A DNA stretch of 32,000 nt. It comes from Victivallaceae bacterium. GTDB taxonomy: Bacteria; Verrucomicrobiota; Lentisphaeria; Victivallales; Victivallaceae. The first letter of the stretch is position 1; every line of letters begins with the position of its first letter. Location: positions 290,553 to 322,552 of the forward strand of contig JAVBVS010000016.1 in assembly GCA_036677805.1 (NCBI GenBank), read 5' to 3'. Under the pieces are notes generated by a model. The model had not been told where the DNA came from. It saw only the letters and a program-made list of their open reading frames with translations, and ran no database searches. The translations under genes were made by a program, and so were the position numbers. Shown piece after piece: positions 17,618 through 25,427 of this stretch.

Positions 17618-18001
17618 GTGATATTGAAAAAAGTATTGAATATTGCTCGCGCGCTGGCGGATGAAAACCGGATTCGCGCCCTGGCCATGCTGCAAAATGG
17701 CGAGATGTGCGTCTGCCGGATCATTGAAATGCTGGAATTGGCGCCGTCGACCGTTTCCAAGCACATGTCCATTCTGAAGCAGGCCGATCTGGTCGCCACC
17801 CGCCGTTCCGGGAAGTGGACCTATTACCGGCTGGCGGACGGCAAGGCGGGCGCTGCCGAGACCGAAATCATTTCATGGCTTTTGCGGCAACTCCAGGACA
17901 ACCCGAGAATCCTCGGGGATTCCCTCCGGTTGGCGGAAATCCGGCTGCGGGTCGAGGCCGAAAAAAAGAAGCTTTGTCTTTGCCGCAAGGAACAATCATG
18001 A
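17618..18001 (+). CDS. arsR: Second ArsR-family transcriptional regulator
   Basis: LKKVLNIARALADENRIRALAMLQNGEMCVCRIIEMLELAPSTVSKHMSILKQADLVATRRSGKWTYYRLADGKAG; ArsR HTH with CVC motif and cysteine-containing tail KKKLCLCRKEQS. Confidence 0.93.
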   Translation: MILKKVLNIARALADENRIRALAMLQNGEMCVCRIIEMLELAPSTVSKHMSILKQADLVATRRSGKWTYYRLADGKAGAAETEIISWLLRQLQDNPRILGDSLRLAEIRLRVEAEKKKLCLCRKEQS

Positions 18002-18825
18002 GCAACTCAGCCGGATTGAAGGCCCTGATCGCCGGCGGCGCGCTGGTGATGCCGGACGCCTGCGATCCATTGTCGGCGATGTTGATCGAACAGGCGGGAT
18101 TCGCCGCGGTTCAGTGTTCGGGATTCAGCATGGCGCTGGCCAATGGCGGTCTGCGGGAACGTGATTTCGGCCGCGACCGCAATCTGGCAATTACCCGGGC
18201 GATCGTGCAGAGTGTGACGTTTCCGGTCATGGCGGACGGAGAGGATGGGTTCGGCGACATCGTCGGAACCATTGCCGATTATGTTCGGGCCGGAGTATCC
18301 GGAATCAATATCGAAGACCGGATTCTTCAGGGCCCTTCGGTTCAGGTGATCGACCGCTCAAGTGCGGTCGCCAAGCTCAAAACAGCCAGAGCAAGCGCCG
18401 CCGCCGCGGGCAACCCGGAATTGGTGATCAATGCCCGAACCGATGCGCTGACGGCGTTCGATTCCCGTCCGGCGGGATTCGAGGAAAGCATTATCCCGGG
18501 CAATCTGTTTCTGGAAGCGGGCGCGGACATGGTTTTCGTCACCAAGGTCGCTTCGCTCGAAGAAGTTGAAACTCTGGTGAAAGAGATCGTCGGACCGGTC
18601 AGCATCGCCGCCGGAATGGCATACAATATCGGCGGTTTTTCCATTCGGGAGCTGCTGGACCGCGGCGTGGCGCGAGTCAGTCTGCCGACGATCGCGATTC
18701 AGACGATGATCGCCGCGCTGAAAAAAAATCTGAAAATCATTCATGACACCGGAAGTTTTTCCGAACTGATGCAAGGGGAATCGCTATGCCGTTTCGACGA
18801 CATCGCTTCCCTGATGAAACAATAA
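17998..18825 (+). CDS. Isocitrate lyase / PEP mutase superfamily protein
   Basis: LKALIAGGALVMPDACDPLSAMLIEQAGFAAVQCSGFSMALANGG...VTFPVMADGEDGFGDIVGTIADYVRAGVSGINIEDRILQG...ELVINARTDAL...GADMVFVTKVASLEEVETLVKEI. Start overlaps the stop of the second arsR (ATGA). Confidence 0.88.
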   Translation: MSNSAGLKALIAGGALVMPDACDPLSAMLIEQAGFAAVQCSGFSMALANGGLRERDFGRDRNLAITRAIVQSVTFPVMADGEDGFGDIVGTIADYVRAGVSGINIEDRILQGPSVQVIDRSSAVAKLKTARASAAAAGNPELVINARTDALTAFDSRPAGFEESIIPGNLFLEAGADMVFVTKVASLEEVETLVKEIVGPVSIAAGMAYNIGGFSIRELLDRGVARVSLPTIAIQTMIAALKKNLKIIHDTGSFSELMQGESLCRFDDIASLMKQ

Positions 18826-18831
18826 AACTAT

Positions 18832-19920
18832 TTGAAAGTTCCGCTGAAAATGAATTATCACGGTTCAAATGAAATGGCCGCTTCTCCGTCTTTTGTCGTC
18901 GCAATGCTGACCACTCCGATCGGTCCGGTCGGAAAAATCGGCCATGACTGGTCGTGGCAAGACCGCTTCGGCGCGATCCGGATGCGCCTGGATATCGGAC
19001 GGATGAATTATGCCGTCCCGCCCGGAATCTATGCGGCGGGCAATCCGTCCAATGAATCTCCGGTACTGGTCACGGCCAACTATAAGCTCACCGTCGATCA
19101 TCTGCGGCGGGCATTGCGGGGGATCGACGCATGGCTGCTGGTGTTGGATACCAAAGGAGTCAATGTCTGGTGCGCCGCCGGCAAAGGTACATTCGGGACG
19201 GCGGAACTGGTCAACCGGATAGCCGTTTCGCGCCTCTCCGAACTGGTATCGCACCGCACATTGATTGTGCCGCAGCTGGGCGCTCCCGGGGTTGCGGCGC
19301 ACGAAGTCCATGCCGCCAGTGGATTCCGCGTCGTTTACGGTCCGGTGCGCGCCGTCGATCTGCCGCAATTTCTGAAGAGCGGAATGCAGGCGACAGCCGA
19401 GATGCGGACCGTGACGTTCCGCCTTGGCGAACGCCTGGCGGTGGTGCCGGTGGAAATCGTGCACTGGATGAAGTGGCTCGCGGGAATCGTCGCCGCATGT
19501 GCGATTGCGGCCGCAATCGGCGCTTCCGATTGCAGTCTGAAAAATCTCGGTTTGTCCGCCATTCGTCTGCTGATTGCGTTCGCCGGCGGCGTAGTGCTCG
19601 GTCCGGTATTATTTCCATGGCTCCCGGGACGCGCCTTTGCCGTAAAGGGCGTATTTTCCGGCATATTGGCGATTGGAATCATGTTCGCCGCCGGTTTGCT
19701 GCCGCTGACCGGCATCGCAAATATGCTGCAAACCGGAGGCTGGAGCCTGCTGACGCTGGCAGTTTCCTCTTTTCTCATGCTGGCCTATACCGGAGCATCG
19801 CCTTATACCTCGTTATCCGGCACGCAACTCGAAACCCGCATCGGCATCAGACTGCAATGGGCGGCTGGAATTTCCGGCCTGCTGTTGCTGATGCTGCCGG
19901 CATTGCTGAACAAAGGATGA
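18832..19920 (+). CDS. hgcA: Mercury-methylation corrinoid protein HgcA
   Basis: Conserved HgcA blocks: SPVLVTANYKLTVDHLRRALRGIDAWLLVLDTKGVNVWCAAGKGTFGTAELVNRI (cap-helix motif NVWCAAGK at 19162-19185), LIVPQLGAPGVAAHEVHAASGFRVVYGPVRAVDLPQFLKSGMQATAEMRTVTF, C-terminal multi-TM domain ending TGASPYTSLSG. Start may be TTG 18832 or ATG 18850. Confidence 0.96.
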   Translation: MKVPLKMNYHGSNEMAASPSFVVAMLTTPIGPVGKIGHDWSWQDRFGAIRMRLDIGRMNYAVPPGIYAAGNPSNESPVLVTANYKLTVDHLRRALRGIDAWLLVLDTKGVNVWCAAGKGTFGTAELVNRIAVSRLSELVSHRTLIVPQLGAPGVAAHEVHAASGFRVVYGPVRAVDLPQFLKSGMQATAEMRTVTFRLGERLAVVPVEIVHWMKWLAGIVAACAIAAAIGASDCSLKNLGLSAIRLLIAFAGGVVLGPVLFPWLPGRAFAVKGVFSGILAIGIMFAAGLLPLTGIANMLQTGGWSLLTLAVSSFLMLAYTGASPYTSLSGTQLETRIGIRLQWAAGISGLLLLMLPALLNKG

Positions 19921-19924
19921 AACT

Positions 19925-20200
19925 ATGTTTTTGTATCTCAAAAATGTTGTGACGCTGAAGATCGACGCCGACGTCTGTACCGGCTGCGGATTCTGCCGGA
20001 ATGTCTGTCCGCGCGGAGTGCTCGCCCTCCGCAACCGGAAGGCCGTGATCGTGGCAAAGGACGCATGTCTGGAGTGCGGCGCGTGCGCGAAAAATTGCCC
20101 GTCCAGCGCGATAACGGTGCGAACGGGTGTCGGCTGCGCCACCGCCATTTTGAGCCGATCCGGCCAGTGCTGCGAATGCGGTTGCGGCGGCAAAGAATGA
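19925..20200 (+). CDS. hgcB: HgcB, 2x[4Fe-4S] ferredoxin partner of HgcA
   Basis: MFLYLKNVVTLKIDADVCTGCGFCRNVCPRGVLALRNRKAVIVAKDACLECGACAKNCPSSAITVRTGVGCATAILSRSGQCCECGCGGKE. Two CxxCxxCxxxCP motifs, YLKNVVTLK start, GVGCA segment and vicinal cysteines at the C-terminus. Begins 5 nt after the last base of hgcA. Confidence 0.96.
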   Translation: MFLYLKNVVTLKIDADVCTGCGFCRNVCPRGVLALRNRKAVIVAKDACLECGACAKNCPSSAITVRTGVGCATAILSRSGQCCECGCGGKE

Positions 20201-20236
20201 ATCTGTCCCCGACTTAATCAAAGGTTATTATCGAAA

Positions 20237-21139
20237 ATGAGCTCCGAAGACTCTCCGGCCCTCGACCGGGCGGCGCAATTCCTGATGACGGTGCATGACG
20301 CCGCGCCGGGAATTACGGAAAACGTGCTGAATCGCGGTAAAACGACCACCGGCTGCTCCAGCTACCAAATGCTGGCGGACGCCGCCGGATTGCGCGAAAA
20401 TATGAGCGTGGCCGACCTCGCCTGCGGCAGCGGCGCGCTGACGCAGCTGATCTCACAGCGCGTCGGACCCTCCGGACGGGTCGTCGGAATCGATCTGAAC
20501 CATGCGGAACTGACTCTGGCCGCAGCCCGCTGCCGGGATTGCGCCAATGTCGGATTCCATGAGGAATCCGCCGCCGGGCTGTCTTTGCCGGACGCGTCCA
20601 TGGATGCGGTGCTCTGCCATATGGCCATCATGCTTTTCCGTCCGATCGAACCGCCGCTGGCGGAAATTGCGCGGATTCTGCGCCCGTCCGGCACGTTCGC
20701 GGCGGTCATTCCGGGCGTATCCGACGGCAACGCGCTGTTCGACGCGGTCCGGAAAACGCTGGCGGCGATCGTGCTTCAGGAGGTTCCGCCGGAAAAGCGG
20801 ATTGCCGTGGGCGTGCCGGAATTCGGCAGCGTTCGGGGCATCCGGGAGCTATTTTCCCGGACCGAAAATTTCGATGACGATTTGCAATTTACGAATTTCA
20901 CGGTAATTTTTCAGGAAACGCCGGTAGCGCTGGCCGAGTTGCTGGTGCCGTTTTTTTATTCTTCCTACCTGCTTTCCGAAACGGGGCGGGAGAAACTCCG
21001 GGACGCGTGGGCCGGGCTTTTCCGGCAGGCCCCGGGGGACCGGGCGGGAAGCGCGACGTTTCATCTGCCGCTGACGGCGTTCACCGTCCGCCGATGCGGG
21101 GCGAAAACGGGTATGAAATCCGGGAAAGCATCATGCTGA
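20237..21139 (+). CDS. Class I SAM-dependent methyltransferase (UbiE-like), linked to hgcAB
   Basis: LRENMSVADLACGSGALTQLISQRVGPSGRVVGIDLNHAELTLAAARCRDCANVGFHEESAAGLSLPDASMDAVLCHMAIMLFRPIEPPLAEIARILRPSGTFAAVIPG; Rossmann SAM motifs I and post-I, and UbiE-like RILRPSG. Confidence 0.88.
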   Translation: MSSEDSPALDRAAQFLMTVHDAAPGITENVLNRGKTTTGCSSYQMLADAAGLRENMSVADLACGSGALTQLISQRVGPSGRVVGIDLNHAELTLAAARCRDCANVGFHEESAAGLSLPDASMDAVLCHMAIMLFRPIEPPLAEIARILRPSGTFAAVIPGVSDGNALFDAVRKTLAAIVLQEVPPEKRIAVGVPEFGSVRGIRELFSRTENFDDDLQFTNFTVIFQETPVALAELLVPFFYSSYLLSETGREKLRDAWAGLFRQAPGDRAGSATFHLPLTAFTVRRCGAKTGMKSGKASC

Positions 21140-21555
21140 AAATTTTATTTCTCTGTACCGGCAACAGCTGCCGGAGCCAGATGGCGGAAGGCTGGGCGCG
21201 CGCCCTGAAAAGCGCAGTGCTTGAGCCGTATTCCGCCGGCATCGAAACCCATGGCTTGAATCCGTACGCGGTGAAAGTCATGGCCGAAGCCGGAGTGGAT
21301 ATTGCGGCGCAGCGTTCCAAACCGGTGGAGGAACTGGCGGGAATCGAGTTCGATTATGTGGTGACGGTCTGCGGCCATGCCCGGGAAAGCTGCCCGATTT
21401 TTCTCGGGCCGGCCAAGGTCGTGCATGTCGGCTTCGACGATCCGCCGCAACTGGCGAAAGCGTGTCCGACCGAAGCGGAAAAGCTCGACTGCTATCGCCG
21501 GGTAAGGGATGAAATCAAGGCTTTCGTGGAACAACTTCCGGAGATTTTACCATGA
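21133..21555 (+). CDS. arsC: Thioredoxin-coupled-type arsenate reductase (low-MW PTPase fold)
   Basis: MLKILFLCTGNSCRSQMAEGWARAL...PYSAGIETHGLNPYAVKVMAEAGVDI...DYVVTVCGHARESCPIF; CX5R catalytic loop plus the two resolving cysteines. Confidence 0.94.
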   Translation: MLKILFLCTGNSCRSQMAEGWARALKSAVLEPYSAGIETHGLNPYAVKVMAEAGVDIAAQRSKPVEELAGIEFDYVVTVCGHARESCPIFLGPAKVVHVGFDDPPQLAKACPTEAEKLDCYRRVRDEIKAFVEQLPEILP

Positions 21556-22625
21556 AAAAACATGAATCCGTCGGCATTGGATTTTTTGAACGTTACCTGA
21601 CCGTCTGGGTGATCCTGTGTATGATCGCCGGTGTGCTGATCGGCCGATTCCTGCCGGGCGTTCCGGCTTTTCTGGGAAAATTTGAATACGAACAGGTCTC
21701 CGTGCCGATCGCGGTGCTGATCTGGCTGATGATCTATCCGATGATGATGAAAGTGGATTTTGAAAGCATCCGCAACGTCGGCAAAAACCCGGAGGGGTTG
21801 TTTGTAACCTGGGTGGTGAACTGGCTGATCAAACCGTTCACCATGTATGGAATCGCGGCGTTCTTCTTTTATGTGCTCTTCTCAAACTGGATCGCCCCCG
21901 ACCTGGCCCGCGACTATCTGGCCGGAGCGGTTCTGTTGGGCGCCGCGCCCTGTACGGCAATGGTTTTCGTCTGGAGCCTGCTGACCCGGGGCAATCCGGC
22001 GTATACCGTAGTCCAGGTGGCGACCAACGACCTGATCATTCTCGTGGCGTTCATTCCGATCGTCAAATTCCTGCTTGGCTTGAGCGATGTCTCGGTGCCG
22101 TGGAGCACGTTGATTCTGTCGGTGCTGCTGTTTGTGGTGATTCCGCTCGCCGGCGGCGTTCTGACCCGGCACGCGGTGATCGCCCGCAAGGGTCTGGCCT
22201 ATTTTGAAGGCAGCTTCATCCCGAAATTCAACCGCGTCACCATTGCGGGATTGCTGCTGACACTGGTCATCATCTTCTCGTTTCAGGGCAAGGTGATCCT
22301 CGGCAATCCGCTGCACATCGTTCTGATCGCCGTCCCTTTGATTCTTCAAACCTTCCTGATTTTCTTCATCGCCTATCTGGCCTGCCGGTGGCTGAAACTG
22401 CCCTACGATGTGGCCGCTCCGGCGGGCATGATCGGCGCCTCGAATTTCTTCGAACTTTCGGTCGCGGTGGCGATCGCGGTATTCGGCACCGCCTCGCCGG
22501 TAGCGCTGGCGACCATCGTCGGCGTGCTGGTGGAGGTGCCGGTGATGCTGATCCTGGTCAAAATCGCCAATCGGACCGCGGCATACTTTCCCCCGGCGCA
22601 CCGCAAGCATGATCATGCCCGATGA
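21552..22625 (+). CDS. acr3: ACR3-family arsenite efflux transporter
   Basis: FFERYLTVWVILCMIAGVLIGRFLPGVP...VSVPIAVLIWLMIYPMMMKVDFESI...AAPCTAMVFVWSLLTRGNPAYTVVQVATNDLIILVAFIPIVKFLLG. Overlaps arsC by 4 nt. Confidence 0.95.
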   Translation: MKKHESVGIGFFERYLTVWVILCMIAGVLIGRFLPGVPAFLGKFEYEQVSVPIAVLIWLMIYPMMMKVDFESIRNVGKNPEGLFVTWVVNWLIKPFTMYGIAAFFFYVLFSNWIAPDLARDYLAGAVLLGAAPCTAMVFVWSLLTRGNPAYTVVQVATNDLIILVAFIPIVKFLLGLSDVSVPWSTLILSVLLFVVIPLAGGVLTRHAVIARKGLAYFEGSFIPKFNRVTIAGLLLTLVIIFSFQGKVILGNPLHIVLIAVPLILQTFLIFFIAYLACRWLKLPYDVAAPAGMIGASNFFELSVAVAIAVFGTASPVALATIVGVLVEVPVMLILVKIANRTAAYFPPAHRKHDHAR

Positions 22626-22699
22626 GATTGCAATCCGCCGGCGGGTCGTGACGGATCCCAATTCCACCTTCAAGTCGAATTTTTACCGATGAAACAACT

Positions 22700-23983
22700 A
22701 TGAACTCCAGTGAAACACTCTCTCCCGCCGCCGGAAAAAAAGCCATGCGCAATGCGATTTTCGCACAATGCTTCGGCATGCTCGGCATCTCATTGTTCGA
22801 AAACGGCATCATGCTGCTCTACCTCCTGGCGCTGGGCATCAGCCAGACCAAAGTGGTGACTTATCTGGCCATTCCCTCGATGTGCCTGATCTGCACGATT
22901 CCGGCCGCTTATTACGCCGAACGGATAGGCAAAAAAAAGATCGGCGGCTCGGGCAACCTCCTCTGCGTGGCCGGAATGCTGATCATCGCCACGTCCGGCT
23001 TTGCCGCCCGGGGCGCCGCGGAGCTGCTGGCGATCACGGGCACGGTGCTGCTGTCGCTGGGGCTTTCAATGTTCCAGTCCTCATGGTTTGCGCTGCTCGG
23101 CGGAGTGGTGCCGGCGCAAGTCCGGGGGCGCTTCTTCGGAACGCTGCGCATTTCATGGCAATTTTCCTGCATCGCGGTCGCCGGGGCGGCAGCCTGGGTG
23201 CTCGGCCGCTGCAACGCCCTGTGGGTTTATCAGATCATCATCGCAGTCATCGCCGGACTGATGCTGATGCGGTCGTTTTTCTACAACCGCATTCCCGAGG
23301 TGGAACAGGGGCCGCCGCCGGACAAGCCGTTTCGTCAGGCGTTGACGGACGTGTTGTATCTGCGCGGCTTTTCCTCGTTCGGCGCATATGTTTTCTTGCT
23401 GAAAATTTTTACCGCCTATTGCCCGACCCTGTTCGCAGTGCTGGAAAAAGAGGTGCTGAATCTTTCGGCCGGAACCGTCATCTGGCTGGCCAATGTCGGT
23501 CTGGCGGGTTCGGTTCTCGGATTTTTCGTCGGCGGGCGATTGGTCGACCGGATCGGAACCAAGCTGGTTTTCATCATCTGTCACCTGAGCTTTGCGGTGA
23601 TTCTGCTGCTGTTCATCATGCGGGGGCTGGGCGGCGGCGGACTCGTGCTGCCGATCCTGTTTCTGGCGCATTTTGCGTTCAGCCTCGCTTTGGCGGCCAG
23701 CAATATCGCCATTACCGCCGAAACGATCATGATCACGCCGGAAAAGAACAGTTCGCTGGCCTCCTCGACTCTGATGGCGGCCGGCCATATGGGAACCGCG
23801 GTCGCCGGGGTTACGGCCGCAGCGGCGCTGGATCTGGATGTGCTGCGCGAACACTGGCGTTGGCTCGGCATGGAACTGTGCCGGTATGATGCCATTCTGC
23901 TGGCCTGCGCCGTCATGGTGCTGCTGCTGGTGGTTACGCTCGGATTGGTGCCATCGGTTCTGGTCCGGCGGCAGCCGGAGTGA
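22700..23983 (+). CDS. Major facilitator superfamily transporter
   Basis: About 12 hydrophobic segments; RNAIFAQCFGMLGISLFENGIMLLYLLALGISQTKVVTYLAIPS...GVVPAQVRGRFFGTLRISWQ...GFFVGGRLVDRIGTKLVFIICHLSF. Confidence 0.82.
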   Translation: MNSSETLSPAAGKKAMRNAIFAQCFGMLGISLFENGIMLLYLLALGISQTKVVTYLAIPSMCLICTIPAAYYAERIGKKKIGGSGNLLCVAGMLIIATSGFAARGAAELLAITGTVLLSLGLSMFQSSWFALLGGVVPAQVRGRFFGTLRISWQFSCIAVAGAAAWVLGRCNALWVYQIIIAVIAGLMLMRSFFYNRIPEVEQGPPPDKPFRQALTDVLYLRGFSSFGAYVFLLKIFTAYCPTLFAVLEKEVLNLSAGTVIWLANVGLAGSVLGFFVGGRLVDRIGTKLVFIICHLSFAVILLLFIMRGLGGGGLVLPILFLAHFAFSLALAASNIAITAETIMITPEKNSSLASSTLMAAGHMGTAVAGVTAAAALDLDVLREHWRWLGMELCRYDAILLACAVMVLLLVVTLGLVPSVLVRRQPE

Positions 23984-24118
23984 AACGGAGCTTCATGGCG
24001 ATGCATAATTCATATTTTTCATTTGATTTTCCCATCCCGGCCGAATTCATCGGAGACCGGGATGGCCAACAGACCAACGCCACAATGCGCGTTTTCGCAG
24101 GAAAGGGTCCGGTGCCTC

Positions 24119-25285
24119 ATGCTCTCTGAAATCATCATTCGTTTTTTGGTCAAGAACAGCGCCCGGCCGGAGTTGCCGCCGGTGCGCCTGGCCTACGGCA
24201 TTGCCAGCGGCTGCGTCGGCATTGCGGTGAATTTGTTCCTTTTCGGAGTAAAACTCGGCATCGGCCTCTTTTCCGGCAGCGTGGCGATCGCCGCCGACGC
24301 CCTCAACAACCTTTCCGACTCCGGCTCGTCGGCGGTGACGGTGTTCGGCTTCCGGCTCTCCGCGCGGCCGGCCGACAACGAACACCCCTTCGGACATGGG
24401 CGGCTCGAATACGTCGCCGCGCTGATCGTGGCGGTGATCATCATCGCGGTCGGCATGGATTTTCTCAAGGAATCGGTCGCCCGGATATTTTCCCATAAGG
24501 CGATCGCCGCCGACAATTTCGTGATCGCCATCTACGGGGCGACGATTCTGGTCAAGCTGTGGCTGTTTTTCTTTTACCGCACGATCGGCCGCAGGATCGA
24601 TTCGCAGGCGATCAACGCCGCCGCGTTCGACAGTTTGAGTGACATGCTGACCACCGCCGTCGTGCTGGGCGCTCTTTTCGCTTCGCGTTTCACCGCGCTG
24701 CCGGTCGACGGATACGCCGGAACGCTGGTGGCGCTTTTCGTCATGTACGGCGGCGTCAAAATACTCCGCAACGCCATGAGTCCCCTGGTCGGCGAATGCC
24801 CCGACCGGGCGCTGGTCGAGGAACTGCGGGCCCGACTGCTGCAATGTCCCGACATCTGCGGCGTCCATGACATCATCATGCACAATTACGGACCCGGCCA
24901 ATATTACGCCACCGCCCACGCCGAAGTCAACCGCGACGGCGACCTGCTGCATATGCACGACGCACTCGAAGCGGCCGAAGTGGCGATCGCCCGGACCATG
25001 CCGATCCGGCTCATCCTCCACTGCGACCCCTACGATGTGGCGGACCCCGTGATCAAGCTGTGGCGCGCCCGGATGGAGGAAGCCGTCTCGGAACTCGACG
25101 CCAAGCTCAAGCTCTACGATTTCAGACTGGACCCCCAGGCGCCGGACACGCTCCACTTCCATCTGCTGACGCCGCGCAACTACGCCTTGTCCTACGAGGA
25201 GATCACCGCGCGCCTCACCGCCCGGATGAGGCGATACAATCCGGCGATCCAGCTCGACATCGAATTCCTCAACAGTTTCGTATAA
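24119..25285 (+). CDS. Cation diffusion facilitator (CDF) family transporter
   Basis: KLGIGLFSGSVAIAADALNNLSDSGSSAVTVFGFRLSARPADNEHPFGHGRLEYVAALIVAVII...DSQAINAAAFDSLSDMLTTAVVLGAL; DxxxD metal-site and HPFGHGR motifs. ORF extends upstream to 24023. Confidence 0.93.
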   Translation: MLSEIIIRFLVKNSARPELPPVRLAYGIASGCVGIAVNLFLFGVKLGIGLFSGSVAIAADALNNLSDSGSSAVTVFGFRLSARPADNEHPFGHGRLEYVAALIVAVIIIAVGMDFLKESVARIFSHKAIAADNFVIAIYGATILVKLWLFFFYRTIGRRIDSQAINAAAFDSLSDMLTTAVVLGALFASRFTALPVDGYAGTLVALFVMYGGVKILRNAMSPLVGECPDRALVEELRARLLQCPDICGVHDIIMHNYGPGQYYATAHAEVNRDGDLLHMHDALEAAEVAIARTMPIRLILHCDPYDVADPVIKLWRARMEEAVSELDAKLKLYDFRLDPQAPDTLHFHLLTPRNYALSYEEITARLTARMRRYNPAIQLDIEFLNSFV

Positions 25286-25427
25286 CCCTGCGAACAGCTT
25301 GCAACTTTCACGGCAGACAGTATATTAAGACCATGAACCCCAATGCATATCGTGGAGGATGCGCCGGTCCGTCGCAACCGCAACTCGTCCGGGCATCAGG
25401 TTTTCATCGACGGAGATCAAACGAAAC

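Noticed and set aside
18832-19920. HgcA as a CFeSP gamma/CdhE-like acetyl-CoA pathway subunit
   Set aside because: The NVWCAAGK motif, the C-terminal multi-TM domain ending TGASPYTSLSG, and the adjacent HgcB ferredoxin are specific to HgcA. No other Wood-Ljungdahl genes are adjacent.
20237-21139. Calling the methyltransferase ArsM (arsenite methyltransferase)
   Set aside because: It sits in an ars context, but I do not see the characteristic set of conserved ArsM cysteines, so I leave it as an unassigned class I MTase.
22768-23889. 373-aa alternate-frame + ORF inside the MFS gene (also 19131..19952 inside hgcA)
   Set aside because: Arg-rich out-of-frame translations overlapping strongly supported membrane protein genes.
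24047-25162. 371-aa minus ORF opposite the CDF transporter
   Set aside because: Antisense shadow; the + frame has clear CDF metal-binding and dimer-domain motifs.
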